Shown: positions 29,908 through 39,082 of the stretch, in pieces
Layout: every line of letters begins with the position of its first letter
Numbering within the stretch: position 1 is the stretch's first letter
Source: a candidate division WS6 bacterium GW2011_GWF2_39_15
GTDB lineage: Bacteria > Patescibacteriota > Dojkabacteria > SC72
NCBI GenBank assembly: GCA_000993565.1
Contig: LBWK01000001.1
Span: forward strand, 300,208 to 364,207
Reading direction: 5' to 3'
DNA: 64,000 nt
Translations under genes and position numbers: made by a program
Notes under the pieces: generated by a model
Told to the model about the DNA's origin: nothing
Database searches by the model: none
What the model saw: only the letters and a program-made list of their open reading frames with translations

Positions 29908-32900
29908 ATGGGACTTAACGCCGGTGGTATGCAAGAAATACATCCTGATATCCAGTCAGATAGAGAGTTAATAACCTCTGGTAAAGTTCCTCAGGGAACT
30001 GCTGAAGCTAATGACAAATTAAATACTCCAGTAGTAGATATTACAAAGACAACTGGTTATTATGGGAATGATTTAACAACCGATCCTCTCCCGCTTACTG
30101 CTGAAGCGACAGCAAAGATACTTAGAAGAGGTCCTGCACAAAATGAAGATAATGGAGAAACAGGCTTGAAAGCCGGCGAGGAAAGACCTAAAACTCAATC
30201 TGCTATTCCTGTAGCCAACGGATCAGCTTATGTCGAATCAGTTAGTCCTTCAACCCCTGCACAGCAGACACCAGACACCGAAGGACTTGATCAACTTAAT
30301 ACCCCCTTATATACGCTTACTGGAGGAGGAGAGACCACTTCGACTAATGTAACTACGCCAAATGCAACAGAAGGTAAAGCAGGTAAAAACGGTACTGATA
30401 CATCAGATGACTTAGTAGCAAAGCTAAGATCAATGTTGTCCCAGGCTGACAAAGATAAGCCTAAAGAACACACTATAGAAACACCTGTAGCCCAGGATCT
30501 CAATCAGGCAGTTACAGCTTTGGCTGCAGAAGTTGCTAAGGAACCTGAAAATAATTCAAAGAAGGAAGAGTTGAACGGCTTAAAGGAATTAAGTCAATCT
30601 GTAACGAACCTCTCACAACAGATAAACCAGGTGAAAATAGAAATCACAAATCAAGTTAATACTCAGGTTGCCCAAATTACTGCAAAGATGGAAGAATCTA
30701 AAGATAAGCTGGCAGGAACGGTAAACCACTATTATATGCAAGGGGGCTCAGTATTTCACGGGACAGTAGGAGCAGGTACACATATAGAAGTTACAAATAC
30801 GGCAAGTAATTTTAATACAGGAGCAGCAGGAATAAGCGTTAGAAATACAGCAGACCACGGAAGTACAATAAACAATGGCAATATTGTAGATGCAGGTGTT
30901 AATCTGGGTATACTAGATTTGAATGCAATGATGGAAGAAGCTGAAAATTTGGACAGGCTTGCAGACGAACCAGAAGCGCCAACTTCTCTAAGTGAGGCGG
31001 CAAGGGACACAGCCGATAAGGCGAGAGAGCTTACAGAGGATATAAAGACAAGAAAAACTGATCGAGTAACAGATCCGGCAGTTACACCTGATTCAAGTTC
31101 AACAACTCATCCACCCGTAATAAAACCTCAACCAAATGTAACACCGAACGATAATCCTCCTACACCTCCACAACCGGCAGTAGCAGTAACAGATGACAGT
31201 AGTGAGCATAAAGACACCGGAGTAACCCCAGAAGAGCAACCTACTTCCGATCCTAAGAAAGCAGCAGAGAATCTAGTAGGGCCATTGACTCCTGAAGAGT
31301 CACAGGAATTTGATAATGCGAATGAAAAGAAAGGTTTTCTCTTCAGCATAAAGAGAATGTTCAGCGGTGAAAACTGGAAGAGATGGGTACCAACAGTGAT
31401 AGGGTCGATCGCAGGTTCATTCGGGGTAAAACTGTTTGCAGGAGCAGCTCTATCAATGGGTCCAATTGGAACCGCATTACTCGGAGGTGCAATGGCTGGT
31501 TTTGCCATATATTCAGGATATAGAGCTATCAAGAACTTAAGTGAGGCAGCCAAGGCGGAAGGTAAATCTGTATGGCAGGTAATGGGCAACTTGGATTTTG
31601 TAAAAGGAGCCTTACTTGGAGGATTAATTTCTGGGGTAGGTAAAGCTTCAGCGAAGTTTATCCCTGGATTCGGTTCGCTTATGGCACTTGGACTTGAAGG
31701 AGGAACTTCGTGGCTATTTGAAAATCACCTTAACAAGAAACAGCAGGAATTAGTTAACAAATACATGGATACATACCAGGCACGCAGGTATGCAAATCTT
31801 AAGGATAAAGGATATGTCATTAGAGGTGCTGAAGGAGCACCTGCTGTAGGAATGGAATCCATACTTAAAGATATGACAAGTGCACCTTCAGAATCAGAAA
31901 AGAAGGTAGCAAAGAGAGCTGCACTTGCTTCCCTTATACATCTCTACAGCATAACTAAGGATGATGCCCATAAATTTGTTGAGTATACGATAAAGGAGAA
32001 CGGTGTCGATAAGGTGATTAAGGTTGATATTACACAAATTGCGATTGATGAAGCAGAAGGAAGTACAGAGAAATACAGAATGCTTCAACTTAAAGATACT
32101 GACAAGATTAATGTCGAGAAATTTATAGATACATTAGATACAGCCAAACTTACATCAGCGATTCAAGATGCATGGAACAAAACCGATGCAACTAAGAGGG
32201 CTGATATGGCTAAGGATCTTGTAAACCTCTTCGTTGGCTTGGAAGGCACAGAAGTAGAGAAGATTATGTCGGAAGAGAGAAAGAGCTATCTCTCATGGAT
32301 CAACTTCACAACTGGGTTACACTTTGGTATGGCGGCAGTAAATGTTGGATCCTCTCTTGCAGGAGCTTACGGAGCATTCAGAGACAATTTTGGTGTCAAT
32401 CATGATGCACAGGGAGTAAACACCTCAGATTCTCAACAAGCAACAGAAGATTATAGAAGTGCCCATCCAGAAGCCCCGCAGGCAGAAGTAGAGAGGGTAG
32501 TAAATGCTGAAGGCCACATAATTGATAAGGTAGATGTAGACGGAGGCGGCGTAGACTACTACGTCGACCAAACTACAAACCAATATGTTGTACTTTCTGG
32601 GACCGGTGCTGAAAGCGTATTTGAAATACAACACCCGGATCTTGGACAGGTAACCGCAACTGAAGTAACTACCCACGGAGATACAGGCATTGTTGCCACT
32701 TTGAGTGATAATGCAGGAAAAGTTGTTGGTGTAACATATGCCGACTCTACTGGACACATTGGAGTTTTGGATATGAACGGCGTAGGTCAGCATCTATTTG
32801 CAGGTGGAGGAGAGAGCCCAATACACGGAGTAACTCTCACTGATATACAGCCAAATGGTGATGCAACATTAGTTTTAGACAATGTAAACCATCAAGTAAA

Positions 32901-35259
32901 TCTAGGAAATCTTAACCTTGAACTTGACGGATCATCAACATCAGAGGTTCAGACACAGATTGGTGTATTGATGCCACAGAGTGGAGATTCAGTAAATAGT
33001 ATGCTTCACCATACAATTGAACAGGCTAAAACTCTGAATCCTAATTTGCAACAATATGACAATCTGGAACTTGAGAGAATGCTTTACCAGGAAGGAAGTG
33101 GTATCCATGCTAATGACGCCGCGATAAGGCAGGAGTTAGGTATCAGGGGAGCACTTGATGTATCAGAGGAATGGAGCTGGAAAGATTCACCTACAATTAT
33201 GTCCTGGCTAACGGAGCTTAACGGTGGGAATACTGTGGAACTAGGTTCACAGACAGTTACAGGCGGAACACCTGGTGTAAACACTTTCTTTGAAGGGCCG
33301 GAAGTTTCCGCATTTGACGTTGCAAATGCAGGATCTGCACCTGGAGAATCAGGTGGCTTTATCAGTGTAATGGATAGAATCGTAGAGCCATCACTTCTTG
33401 CTTTGGTAGGTGGTGTGATGGCAGGTGTATTTGCTTCACAACCTAAGAGTGGCGGTATTTCAAGGCAGAACGATGTAAATACCGCAACGGCAAAAGCCGG
33501 TGATGATAAGACAAAAGATGACAAAGGCAAGGGAGTAAGCAAAGAAACCTCAGTTGAATTAGCAGCAGGAGAAGGAGCTGTTGAAAAGAAAGTCGGAGGG
33601 CCAAAGGATGTAATCGTAAATCAGATACTTAAGAACGTTATACCTAATAAATATGTTGAGATAGCTGGAAAGAAATATATTCAGGTAGAGAGTGCACCTG
33701 GGCAATGGAAAGAAAAAGATGTTAAAGACGCCCAGCCTATATCAGCTGAAGACCTTGCAGATCTACTCTTGAATCAAACGGATAAGAATCTAAGAAGTAA
33801 AGATCTATCTGGAATACTTAATAGTGCGGCCATCAAAGGTGGGGCAACTATAAAATTAACGGAGGAAGATGGTTCTGAGACAACATATAAGAAGTCCGTA
33901 AAAGACAATGAACCAGGAAAGAGGCCTGTCAAATTAGTATCATGGATTAACACAGAGACAAAGAAGAGTAGCGATGTTCTAACTAGCGATGCACTTGCGA
34001 CCAAGATCCTTGATTTGAAGGAAAAGACAGTTACAGTATCAACGCCATCTGGAAGTCCACAAGGAGGACCAAGTGCTGAAGCTGGTGGAGACGAAACAAA
34101 GAAAGAGGGTGAGGTAGATAAGGAAAAAGCTCTGAAAGAAACTTTAAACAATATATTAGAAACTCTTCATATTGATAAAAAGCAAGTTGTTATTAATGGT
34201 GAAAAATACGAATATAACAAGGATGCCAAAATATGGATAAAGTCAGGTGCATTGTTCAACAAGAATCTAATTCAGAAAGGCTCTGATAATCTTAGTGACC
34301 AGCAAGTTGTTGAATCCTGGATTAAACTTGAGTCAAAACAGCTTGGGAAGGATTTGGAAACAACTCTTGGGAACGTCGACAGTGGGAAAAAGATAAATGT
34401 TATTGACGAAATATTTAGTAAGACACCGACCTCAGTATTGAAACAAGCAAATTACAATGGCGATGTTTATACTTATGATTCAGAAAAAGATGTATGGAAT
34501 AAGGATAAAAAGAGTAAAACGGCAAGTCCAAAGAGTATCACAGGATCTGGAATGACAACCTATATAGCGAATGGTACGGCCAACGCACTCCCAAGCAAAA
34601 AAGAAAATCTGATTTGGAAATCAGATACCAGAGCTTTTAATGACAAAGATTTGGCATTAGAAATTGCAAAACTGAGGGTAAGCACTAAGGAAGTAAAGTC
34701 TGAAACAAAATCCGCAGACAGTAATGCAGAAGGGGAAAAGAACAAGGAAGAAAAAGAGAAGAAAGAAAGTAAGGGCAGAAAACTCCTTAAGACAGCGCTT
34801 ATAGTATTAGCCGTAGCAGGAGGTATTACCTCATATGCAGTTGGTGGTTGGCAAGTAGCAGCAATTACATCAGGCATCAGCTGGTTGACGACACTTGGTC
34901 TAAATATCGGAGAAGGTTTGGCACAAAAAGGTATAAGCAAGAGACAAGCCGAAGCCGCTGAACTAGCAGAAAAGCTTAAAAACGAGAAACGAGCACTGAA
35001 GCCTGATGAAGAAAAGTCGTTGGAGGAAAGGAAGAGGAAGGACGAAAGGGCTAGAAATATTATTTATTGGCTCAAATTTGCCAGTAAAGTCACGGGTGCC
35101 CTATCAATATCATCTGGAGCTTCTGCACTGTTAGGTTTAGTGATTGATAAGTTCCAGATTAACATAAAAGGAATAATCGGAGGTGCTTTCAATAGACCAG
35201 AGATAAACCAAGTTCCTTTTGAACAAACAATAGACGAATCACTTAACTTAGGAAAGTAA
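29908..35259 (+). CDS. Giant 1783-aa membrane/surface protein.
   Basis: Uninterrupted 5.35-kb ORF. The first 274 aa hold a T/P-rich stretch and a coiled coil. The shared 52-aa module YYMQGGSVFHGTVG...NNGNI follows at aa 275-326. A glycine-zipper TM cluster (WVPTVIGSIAGSFGVKLFAGAALSMGPIGTALLGGAMAGFAIY...) follows at ~aa 490-600. The C-terminal third has degenerate repeats (G-x-x-Y-x-Y-x5-W-x-K, four copies). A C-terminal TM pair is present (LIVLAVAGGITSYAVGGWQVAAI). Confidence 0.8.
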   Translation: MGLNAGGMQEIHPDIQSDRELITSGKVPQGTAEANDKLNTPVVDITKTTGYYGNDLTTDPLPLTAEATAKILRRGPAQNEDNGETGLKAGEERPKTQSAIPVANGSAYVESVSPSTPAQQTPDTEGLDQLNTPLYTLTGGGETTSTNVTTPNATEGKAGKNGTDTSDDLVAKLRSMLSQADKDKPKEHTIETPVAQDLNQAVTALAAEVAKEPENNSKKEELNGLKELSQSVTNLSQQINQVKIEITNQVNTQVAQITAKMEESKDKLAGTVNHYYMQGGSVFHGTVGAGTHIEVTNTASNFNTGAAGISVRNTADHGSTINNGNIVDAGVNLGILDLNAMMEEAENLDRLADEPEAPTSLSEAARDTADKARELTEDIKTRKTDRVTDPAVTPDSSSTTHPPVIKPQPNVTPNDNPPTPPQPAVAVTDDSSEHKDTGVTPEEQPTSDPKKAAENLVGPLTPEESQEFDNANEKKGFLFSIKRMFSGENWKRWVPTVIGSIAGSFGVKLFAGAALSMGPIGTALLGGAMAGFAIYSGYRAIKNLSEAAKAEGKSVWQVMGNLDFVKGALLGGLISGVGKASAKFIPGFGSLMALGLEGGTSWLFENHLNKKQQELVNKYMDTYQARRYANLKDKGYVIRGAEGAPAVGMESILKDMTSAPSESEKKVAKRAALASLIHLYSITKDDAHKFVEYTIKENGVDKVIKVDITQIAIDEAEGSTEKYRMLQLKDTDKINVEKFIDTLDTAKLTSAIQDAWNKTDATKRADMAKDLVNLFVGLEGTEVEKIMSEERKSYLSWINFTTGLHFGMAAVNVGSSLAGAYGAFRDNFGVNHDAQGVNTSDSQQATEDYRSAHPEAPQAEVERVVNAEGHIIDKVDVDGGGVDYYVDQTTNQYVVLSGTGAESVFEIQHPDLGQVTATEVTTHGDTGIVATLSDNAGKVVGVTYADSTGHIGVLDMNGVGQHLFAGGGESPIHGVTLTDIQPNGDATLVLDNVNHQVNLGNLNLELDGSSTSEVQTQIGVLMPQSGDSVNSMLHHTIEQAKTLNPNLQQYDNLELERMLYQEGSGIHANDAAIRQELGIRGALDVSEEWSWKDSPTIMSWLTELNGGNTVELGSQTVTGGTPGVNTFFEGPEVSAFDVANAGSAPGESGGFISVMDRIVEPSLLALVGGVMAGVFASQPKSGGISRQNDVNTATAKAGDDKTKDDKGKGVSKETSVELAAGEGAVEKKVGGPKDVIVNQILKNVIPNKYVEIAGKKYIQVESAPGQWKEKDVKDAQPISAEDLADLLLNQTDKNLRSKDLSGILNSAAIKGGATIKLTEEDGSETTYKKSVKDNEPGKRPVKLVSWINTETKKSSDVLTSDALATKILDLKEKTVTVSTPSGSPQGGPSAEAGGDETKKEGEVDKEKALKETLNNILETLHIDKKQVVINGEKYEYNKDAKIWIKSGALFNKNLIQKGSDNLSDQQVVESWIKLESKQLGKDLETTLGNVDSGKKINVIDEIFSKTPTSVLKQANYNGDVYTYDSEKDVWNKDKKSKTASPKSITGSGMTTYIANGTANALPSKKENLIWKSDTRAFNDKDLALEIAKLRVSTKEVKSETKSADSNAEGEKNKEEKEKKESKGRKLLKTALIVLAVAGGITSYAVGGWQVAAITSGISWLTTLGLNIGEGLAQKGISKRQAEAAELAEKLKNEKRALKPDEEKSLEERKRKDERARNIIYWLKFASKVTGALSISSGASALLGLVIDKFQINIKGIIGGAFNRPEINQVPFEQTIDESLNLGK
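30730..30886 (+). repeat. Coding copy A of a 157-bp inverted repeat (the partner is 37090..37246).
   Basis: By eye it aligns to the reverse complement of 37090..37246 with ~13 mismatches in 157 nt. It is codon-aligned, starting at codon 275 of the giant gene. Confidence 0.8.
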
Positions 35260-35285
35260 AAATTAAACTATAAAAGACTTGAGAT

Positions 35286-35729
35286 ATGGTAGAGGAAATT
35301 GCAAAACTAATAGATCAGTTAAAAACTTACGGCCTTGATAATGCAAAACTATCAGCTCTATACCAGTTGGCAGTAGAAGATTTTCTTGAGGAGGTTCAAA
35401 CAGACCTAACAGAAATCTCCGATAGTGACCTAACCGACATAGAGTCATCACTTAAAGACATAACCATTGATAGCTTAGCAGAAGGTAATAATGATCCTTT
35501 CATGACGACTTTACGAAAACTATATGGAGCTCAAGCAGAACCGAGATTCTTGAAATTCCTTAAGGAATACTTTGAAGATGCTGTTAAGCAAGCCCAATCA
35601 GCAAAAGAGCTACTAGAGAAATATAAAGCTAATGATCCTGAAGTTCTAAAGAAGTTAGAGGAAGCAAAAATGAACGAGGATTATGATACGATGGAGGCTA
35701 TTATCAAGAGCCTTAATCCTGGAGAATAG
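35286..35729 (+). CDS. Small acidic helical protein.
   Basis: 147-aa ORF immediately downstream of the giant gene. Confidence 0.5.
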   Translation: MVEEIAKLIDQLKTYGLDNAKLSALYQLAVEDFLEEVQTDLTEISDSDLTDIESSLKDITIDSLAEGNNDPFMTTLRKLYGAQAEPRFLKFLKEYFEDAVKQAQSAKELLEKYKANDPEVLKKLEEAKMNEDYDTMEAIIKSLNPGE

Positions 35730-35740
35730 TCTTAAAAGAG

Positions 35741-37288
35741 TTATTCTCTAACCCTTACAAACTCACTTTGTGATACAAAATGTATCCCGGTATCTGCTTG
35801 AAACACCTTTCTTCCTTCTTCAAACCACTTACCTTCAGGTGGATTGATCGAAGTCAGAATACCCAAGTATACAAAAGCTAAAAGCTGACATCCTGCCGGA
35901 GATTTATCAAACTTCTGCAACTTTGTATTTACTTTTGCTTTCTGTAATTCATTAAGTTCATCAGTTTCAAGAGGGGAGAGAAGATTGAATGAGCCTTTTT
36001 CTTCAATCATTATTCTAAATACTGAATTGAACTGCATATTCATATTACTAGCCAACCAATGTATTTTTTCTGAAGGTGTAAAATCGTCCCTCCAACCATC
36101 TGGGATTCTATCTTTTCGGATACCACCTTCCATTGGATCCACATAGTGAATTACATATCCTCCAAAGGCTTCATCTTTCACAGGAGTACTCAATATCGCA
36201 CGCGCATGTCCGCCAATATGACGATCCTGGGAAGAATAGTAGATACCAACCGGAATTCCCCATCTGTCTCCAAGCTTTGCCATATCAGTTACATTTATCT
36301 CAGTCTCTCTATTGGCATAGCTATCTAGACGGGGAACATCATCCTGTGCTCTTGGCCAGACATCATGATCAGGAAGTTCATCCGTTGTAATGTGGAATTC
36401 GGCTGGCCTACCAGGTTCCCTTGTTTCATGAACGTTTAGGTCATCGATATAAGGAGGTACAAAACCATGCAAAAGGTACTCTCTAACATCGGAACCTTTC
36501 TGGGACAAGATTTTCCTGAACATATCTTCAAGATAATTCGCAACGGTCAGGTTCCTATTTACCCAATGCTGAACCAGTGAGGCATCCATAATGGGTTCCT
36601 CAAGTAGAACAGCTGGAACCTCAACCATTAACCGGCTATGATCTTCCTGCTCTCGGATTATTAGGATAAATAAAGGGTTTTCTTTAGTATCAGAATCCAG
36701 TTCATCTTCTTTTGTCACAACAATATCAACGACGTCTTCATCCTCTTTTGTTTCAATATCAGGGTAAATACTAACCATGTCTTCAAGGTTTTCACCTAAG
36801 GCTTCAGTGAGTTGCATTTGATTTTTTACAATTTGTATTTGGTCATCAATGCTATCTATTTCCTCGCTTATGTCTAAATCTCCGTGATCTGTACTCGTAT
36901 GTGGAGCTGTTTCTTCTCCTTTTGGTCGCAGCGGCTCATCAGATTTTGAAGGAATTGTGGATACCGGAGTTGCACTGTCTACTTTCTGAGGTTCTGGGGT
37001 TGAGGTCTTCTTTTCTGTATCATCAAAGGTAGCAGCTTCTTCCATTGTAGTATCCTGTGTCAAAGTTTTCAGACTAGTCTTTGTGACGGCAATATTGCCA
37101 TTGTTTATTGTGCTTCCATGGTCTGCTGTATTTCTAACGCCTATTCCGACTGCTCCTGTATTGAAATTACTTGCCATATTTGTAACTTCTATATGGGAAT
37201 CTGATCCTACTGTTCCGTGAAATACTGAGCCCCCATGCATATAATATTCATTTGAAGATTCAACACTTTTCTTCCTTTGACCATTCAT
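35741..37288 (-). CDS. 515-aa protein with the shared N-terminal module, an acidic linker and a C-terminal globular domain.
   Basis: aa 15-66 (YYMHGGSVFHGTVGSDSHIEVTNMASNFNTGAVGIGVRNTADHGSTINNGNI) are ~85% identical to giant-protein aa 275-326. An S/T/P/E-rich linker follows. The C-terminal ~250 aa contain conserved-looking His/Cys residues (RHIGGHARAI, SPAGCQLLAF). Confidence 0.7.
   Translation of the reverse strand: MNGQRKKSVESSNEYYMHGGSVFHGTVGSDSHIEVTNMASNFNTGAVGIGVRNTADHGSTINNGNIAVTKTSLKTLTQDTTMEEAATFDDTEKKTSTPEPQKVDSATPVSTIPSKSDEPLRPKGEETAPHTSTDHGDLDISEEIDSIDDQIQIVKNQMQLTEALGENLEDMVSIYPDIETKEDEDVVDIVVTKEDELDSDTKENPLFILIIREQEDHSRLMVEVPAVLLEEPIMDASLVQHWVNRNLTVANYLEDMFRKILSQKGSDVREYLLHGFVPPYIDDLNVHETREPGRPAEFHITTDELPDHDVWPRAQDDVPRLDSYANRETEINVTDMAKLGDRWGIPVGIYYSSQDRHIGGHARAILSTPVKDEAFGGYVIHYVDPMEGGIRKDRIPDGWRDDFTPSEKIHWLASNMNMQFNSVFRIMIEEKGSFNLLSPLETDELNELQKAKVNTKLQKFDKSPAGCQLLAFVYLGILTSINPPEGKWFEEGRKVFQADTGIHFVSQSEFVRVRE
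37090..37246 (-). repeat. Coding copy B of the 157-bp inverted repeat.
   Basis: Reverse complement of the 30730..30886 copy. Codon-aligned, starting at codon 15 of the 515-aa gene. Confidence 0.8.
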
Positions 37289-37333
37289 GACTTTATATGT
37301 GTGATGTATTTTTTAAGTATAACATAACGGAGA

Positions 37334-38644
37334 TTATTTCAGCGGATGCTTCTCCTTATGCGTCTCCTGTGCATACTTATCTGATGCATGCACATATCTT
37401 GTTGTTGTATTGAGACTTTCATGACCAAGCAATACCTGTATAGCAGCAGGACTCGCACCATTTTCAGCCAAATATGTTGCAAAACCATGCCTTAAACTAT
37501 GTGCAGAAGTAGGGACTAAAATGCCTAATCTACGCCTATAATTAGCAATACACTCCTGAAAATAGTTTGTAGATAATCGCGCATTTACATGTTTAGCCCT
37601 AGTCCCGCGAAGCGGAGTAAACAGGGCAGGGGAGTCAAACTTATCCAAGTATCTTGATTTCCTATATTCCTCAATGGTTTTCACATACCTCCACCTATCG
37701 TTTGCATCACTTATGAGATCAACAATATCCTTATTATCCTCAGATGTTTCACGATCAAGTATAAAAGCATGTCTCAGCCTTATCTCTAAATATCTATCCA
37801 ACCAATCCATTGCCCGGTCAGTCATATAAACGAACCTCTCTTTCTTTCCTTTACCCTTTATAAACAGCTTCCCGTCAAGGTTTATCTGATCCAGATTGAG
37901 ATTAATAAGCTCCGAGATACGCATACCAGTTGAAAAAAGCAACTCCATCATTGCACGATTACGCACTCCGACATCATGATCGTGCTCAAACTCAACCGGT
38001 GACTCAATCAGTCTAACTAAATCTTCCAACTCAGCCACCTGTGATTTCTTCTTGTCCGCCTTAATTAATTTAATTGCATCAGGAGGAATTGGAACCTCCA
38101 AATCTCTATCAATTCTGAATTTCAAATAACTTCTGATTGCACTCAACATACGATTGACGCTTCGGGCATCCAAACCGGTATCAGATCGACTGGAGACATT
38201 GGCAGGCTTACCGTGTACCCCAAGACTTCCGAACACCTTGCGATATACATCCTCGAGAAATTTTCCTTTAAACTCGGTACTTTCCGTCTCACTCACAGGT
38301 CTCAATACAGTACCCTCAGGCACTTCGACGGTTCTAGACCCCTTGTAGCCCTTTGAGGTATCTTCCTGTGCTGTATCAACCTTTCTTAAGTATTTCTCCC
38401 TTATTTTATCCAAATCCTTCAAATGATCACCATTTCTAAGGTAGCCCTTGTACAAAGTCACCTGTTCTTTATTCAACTTCTCAAAGGAATACGAATTAGC
38501 ATCAAGAAACACTGCAAAAATTGAAAGATCCCGTGCGTAATTAAGTACTGTCTGCATACTATAATTGTTATTCTGAAGCTCTAAAAGAAAGGAGTCCTGA
38601 TCAGGAAGCTTCGGAATTACTGTGTTCATATTTTTAGAAGACAT
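37334..38644 (-). CDS. Tyrosine site-specific recombinase (XerC/XerD/integrase family) with a ~130-aa insertion.
   Basis: The N-terminal core-binding domain and the C-terminal catalytic domain carry ...AHSLRHGFATYL... and LLGHESLNTTTRYVH (HxxR and the Tyr nucleophile). At 436 aa it is longer than a typical ~300-aa Xer. Confidence 0.85.
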   Translation of the reverse strand: MSSKNMNTVIPKLPDQDSFLLELQNNNYSMQTVLNYARDLSIFAVFLDANSYSFEKLNKEQVTLYKGYLRNGDHLKDLDKIREKYLRKVDTAQEDTSKGYKGSRTVEVPEGTVLRPVSETESTEFKGKFLEDVYRKVFGSLGVHGKPANVSSRSDTGLDARSVNRMLSAIRSYLKFRIDRDLEVPIPPDAIKLIKADKKKSQVAELEDLVRLIESPVEFEHDHDVGVRNRAMMELLFSTGMRISELINLNLDQINLDGKLFIKGKGKKERFVYMTDRAMDWLDRYLEIRLRHAFILDRETSEDNKDIVDLISDANDRWRYVKTIEEYRKSRYLDKFDSPALFTPLRGTRAKHVNARLSTNYFQECIANYRRRLGILVPTSAHSLRHGFATYLAENGASPAAIQVLLGHESLNTTTRYVHASDKYAQETHKEKHPLK

Positions 38645-39082
38645 GGGAGTAGGGGGGTGAAATTTTAGTATTTAGGATAGTAGGGATATAGGAGGTATTA
38701 ATAACATAATTTACTATCTTTCTATCCAGATCTTCATACATAATAAATAATAGCATCTATTGTGAATATATAAAAATAGCTTAAATAGAGCACTTCTCTG
38801 TTCTCCTCTATGCTCTACCGCATATAAGAGCGATTATACTCGGTAGTATATTACCTGATATATACTACTCTGTAAAGGGAAGACCCATCATATTAAAGGT
38901 GTGCACACATTCATATAAATAAATATTAAGACCCTTTATTAATAAGTACTAATAATAAAGATTATTCATTGATAGAAGGAGGTACTACACTGTAAAGATA
39001 TCCACAGATTTACTATAAGATATTAATCACTATGGGATAGCTAGCACTCCCCCTCCCCTTTGCTTATCGTAACATGGAAAAA

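Noticed and set aside
30730-37246. Diversity-generating retroelement (template/variable repeat pair).
   Set aside because: Both copies are coding and inverted, no reverse transcriptase gene is nearby, and the ~13 mismatches are not adenine-specific. They include c/t, t/c and g/a changes.
35741-39082. Integrated prophage or ICE marked by the tyrosine recombinase.
   Set aside because: There are no phage structural, replication or conjugation genes and no flanking tRNA or direct repeats. Neighbours on the far side are ruvCAB/yebC housekeeping genes.
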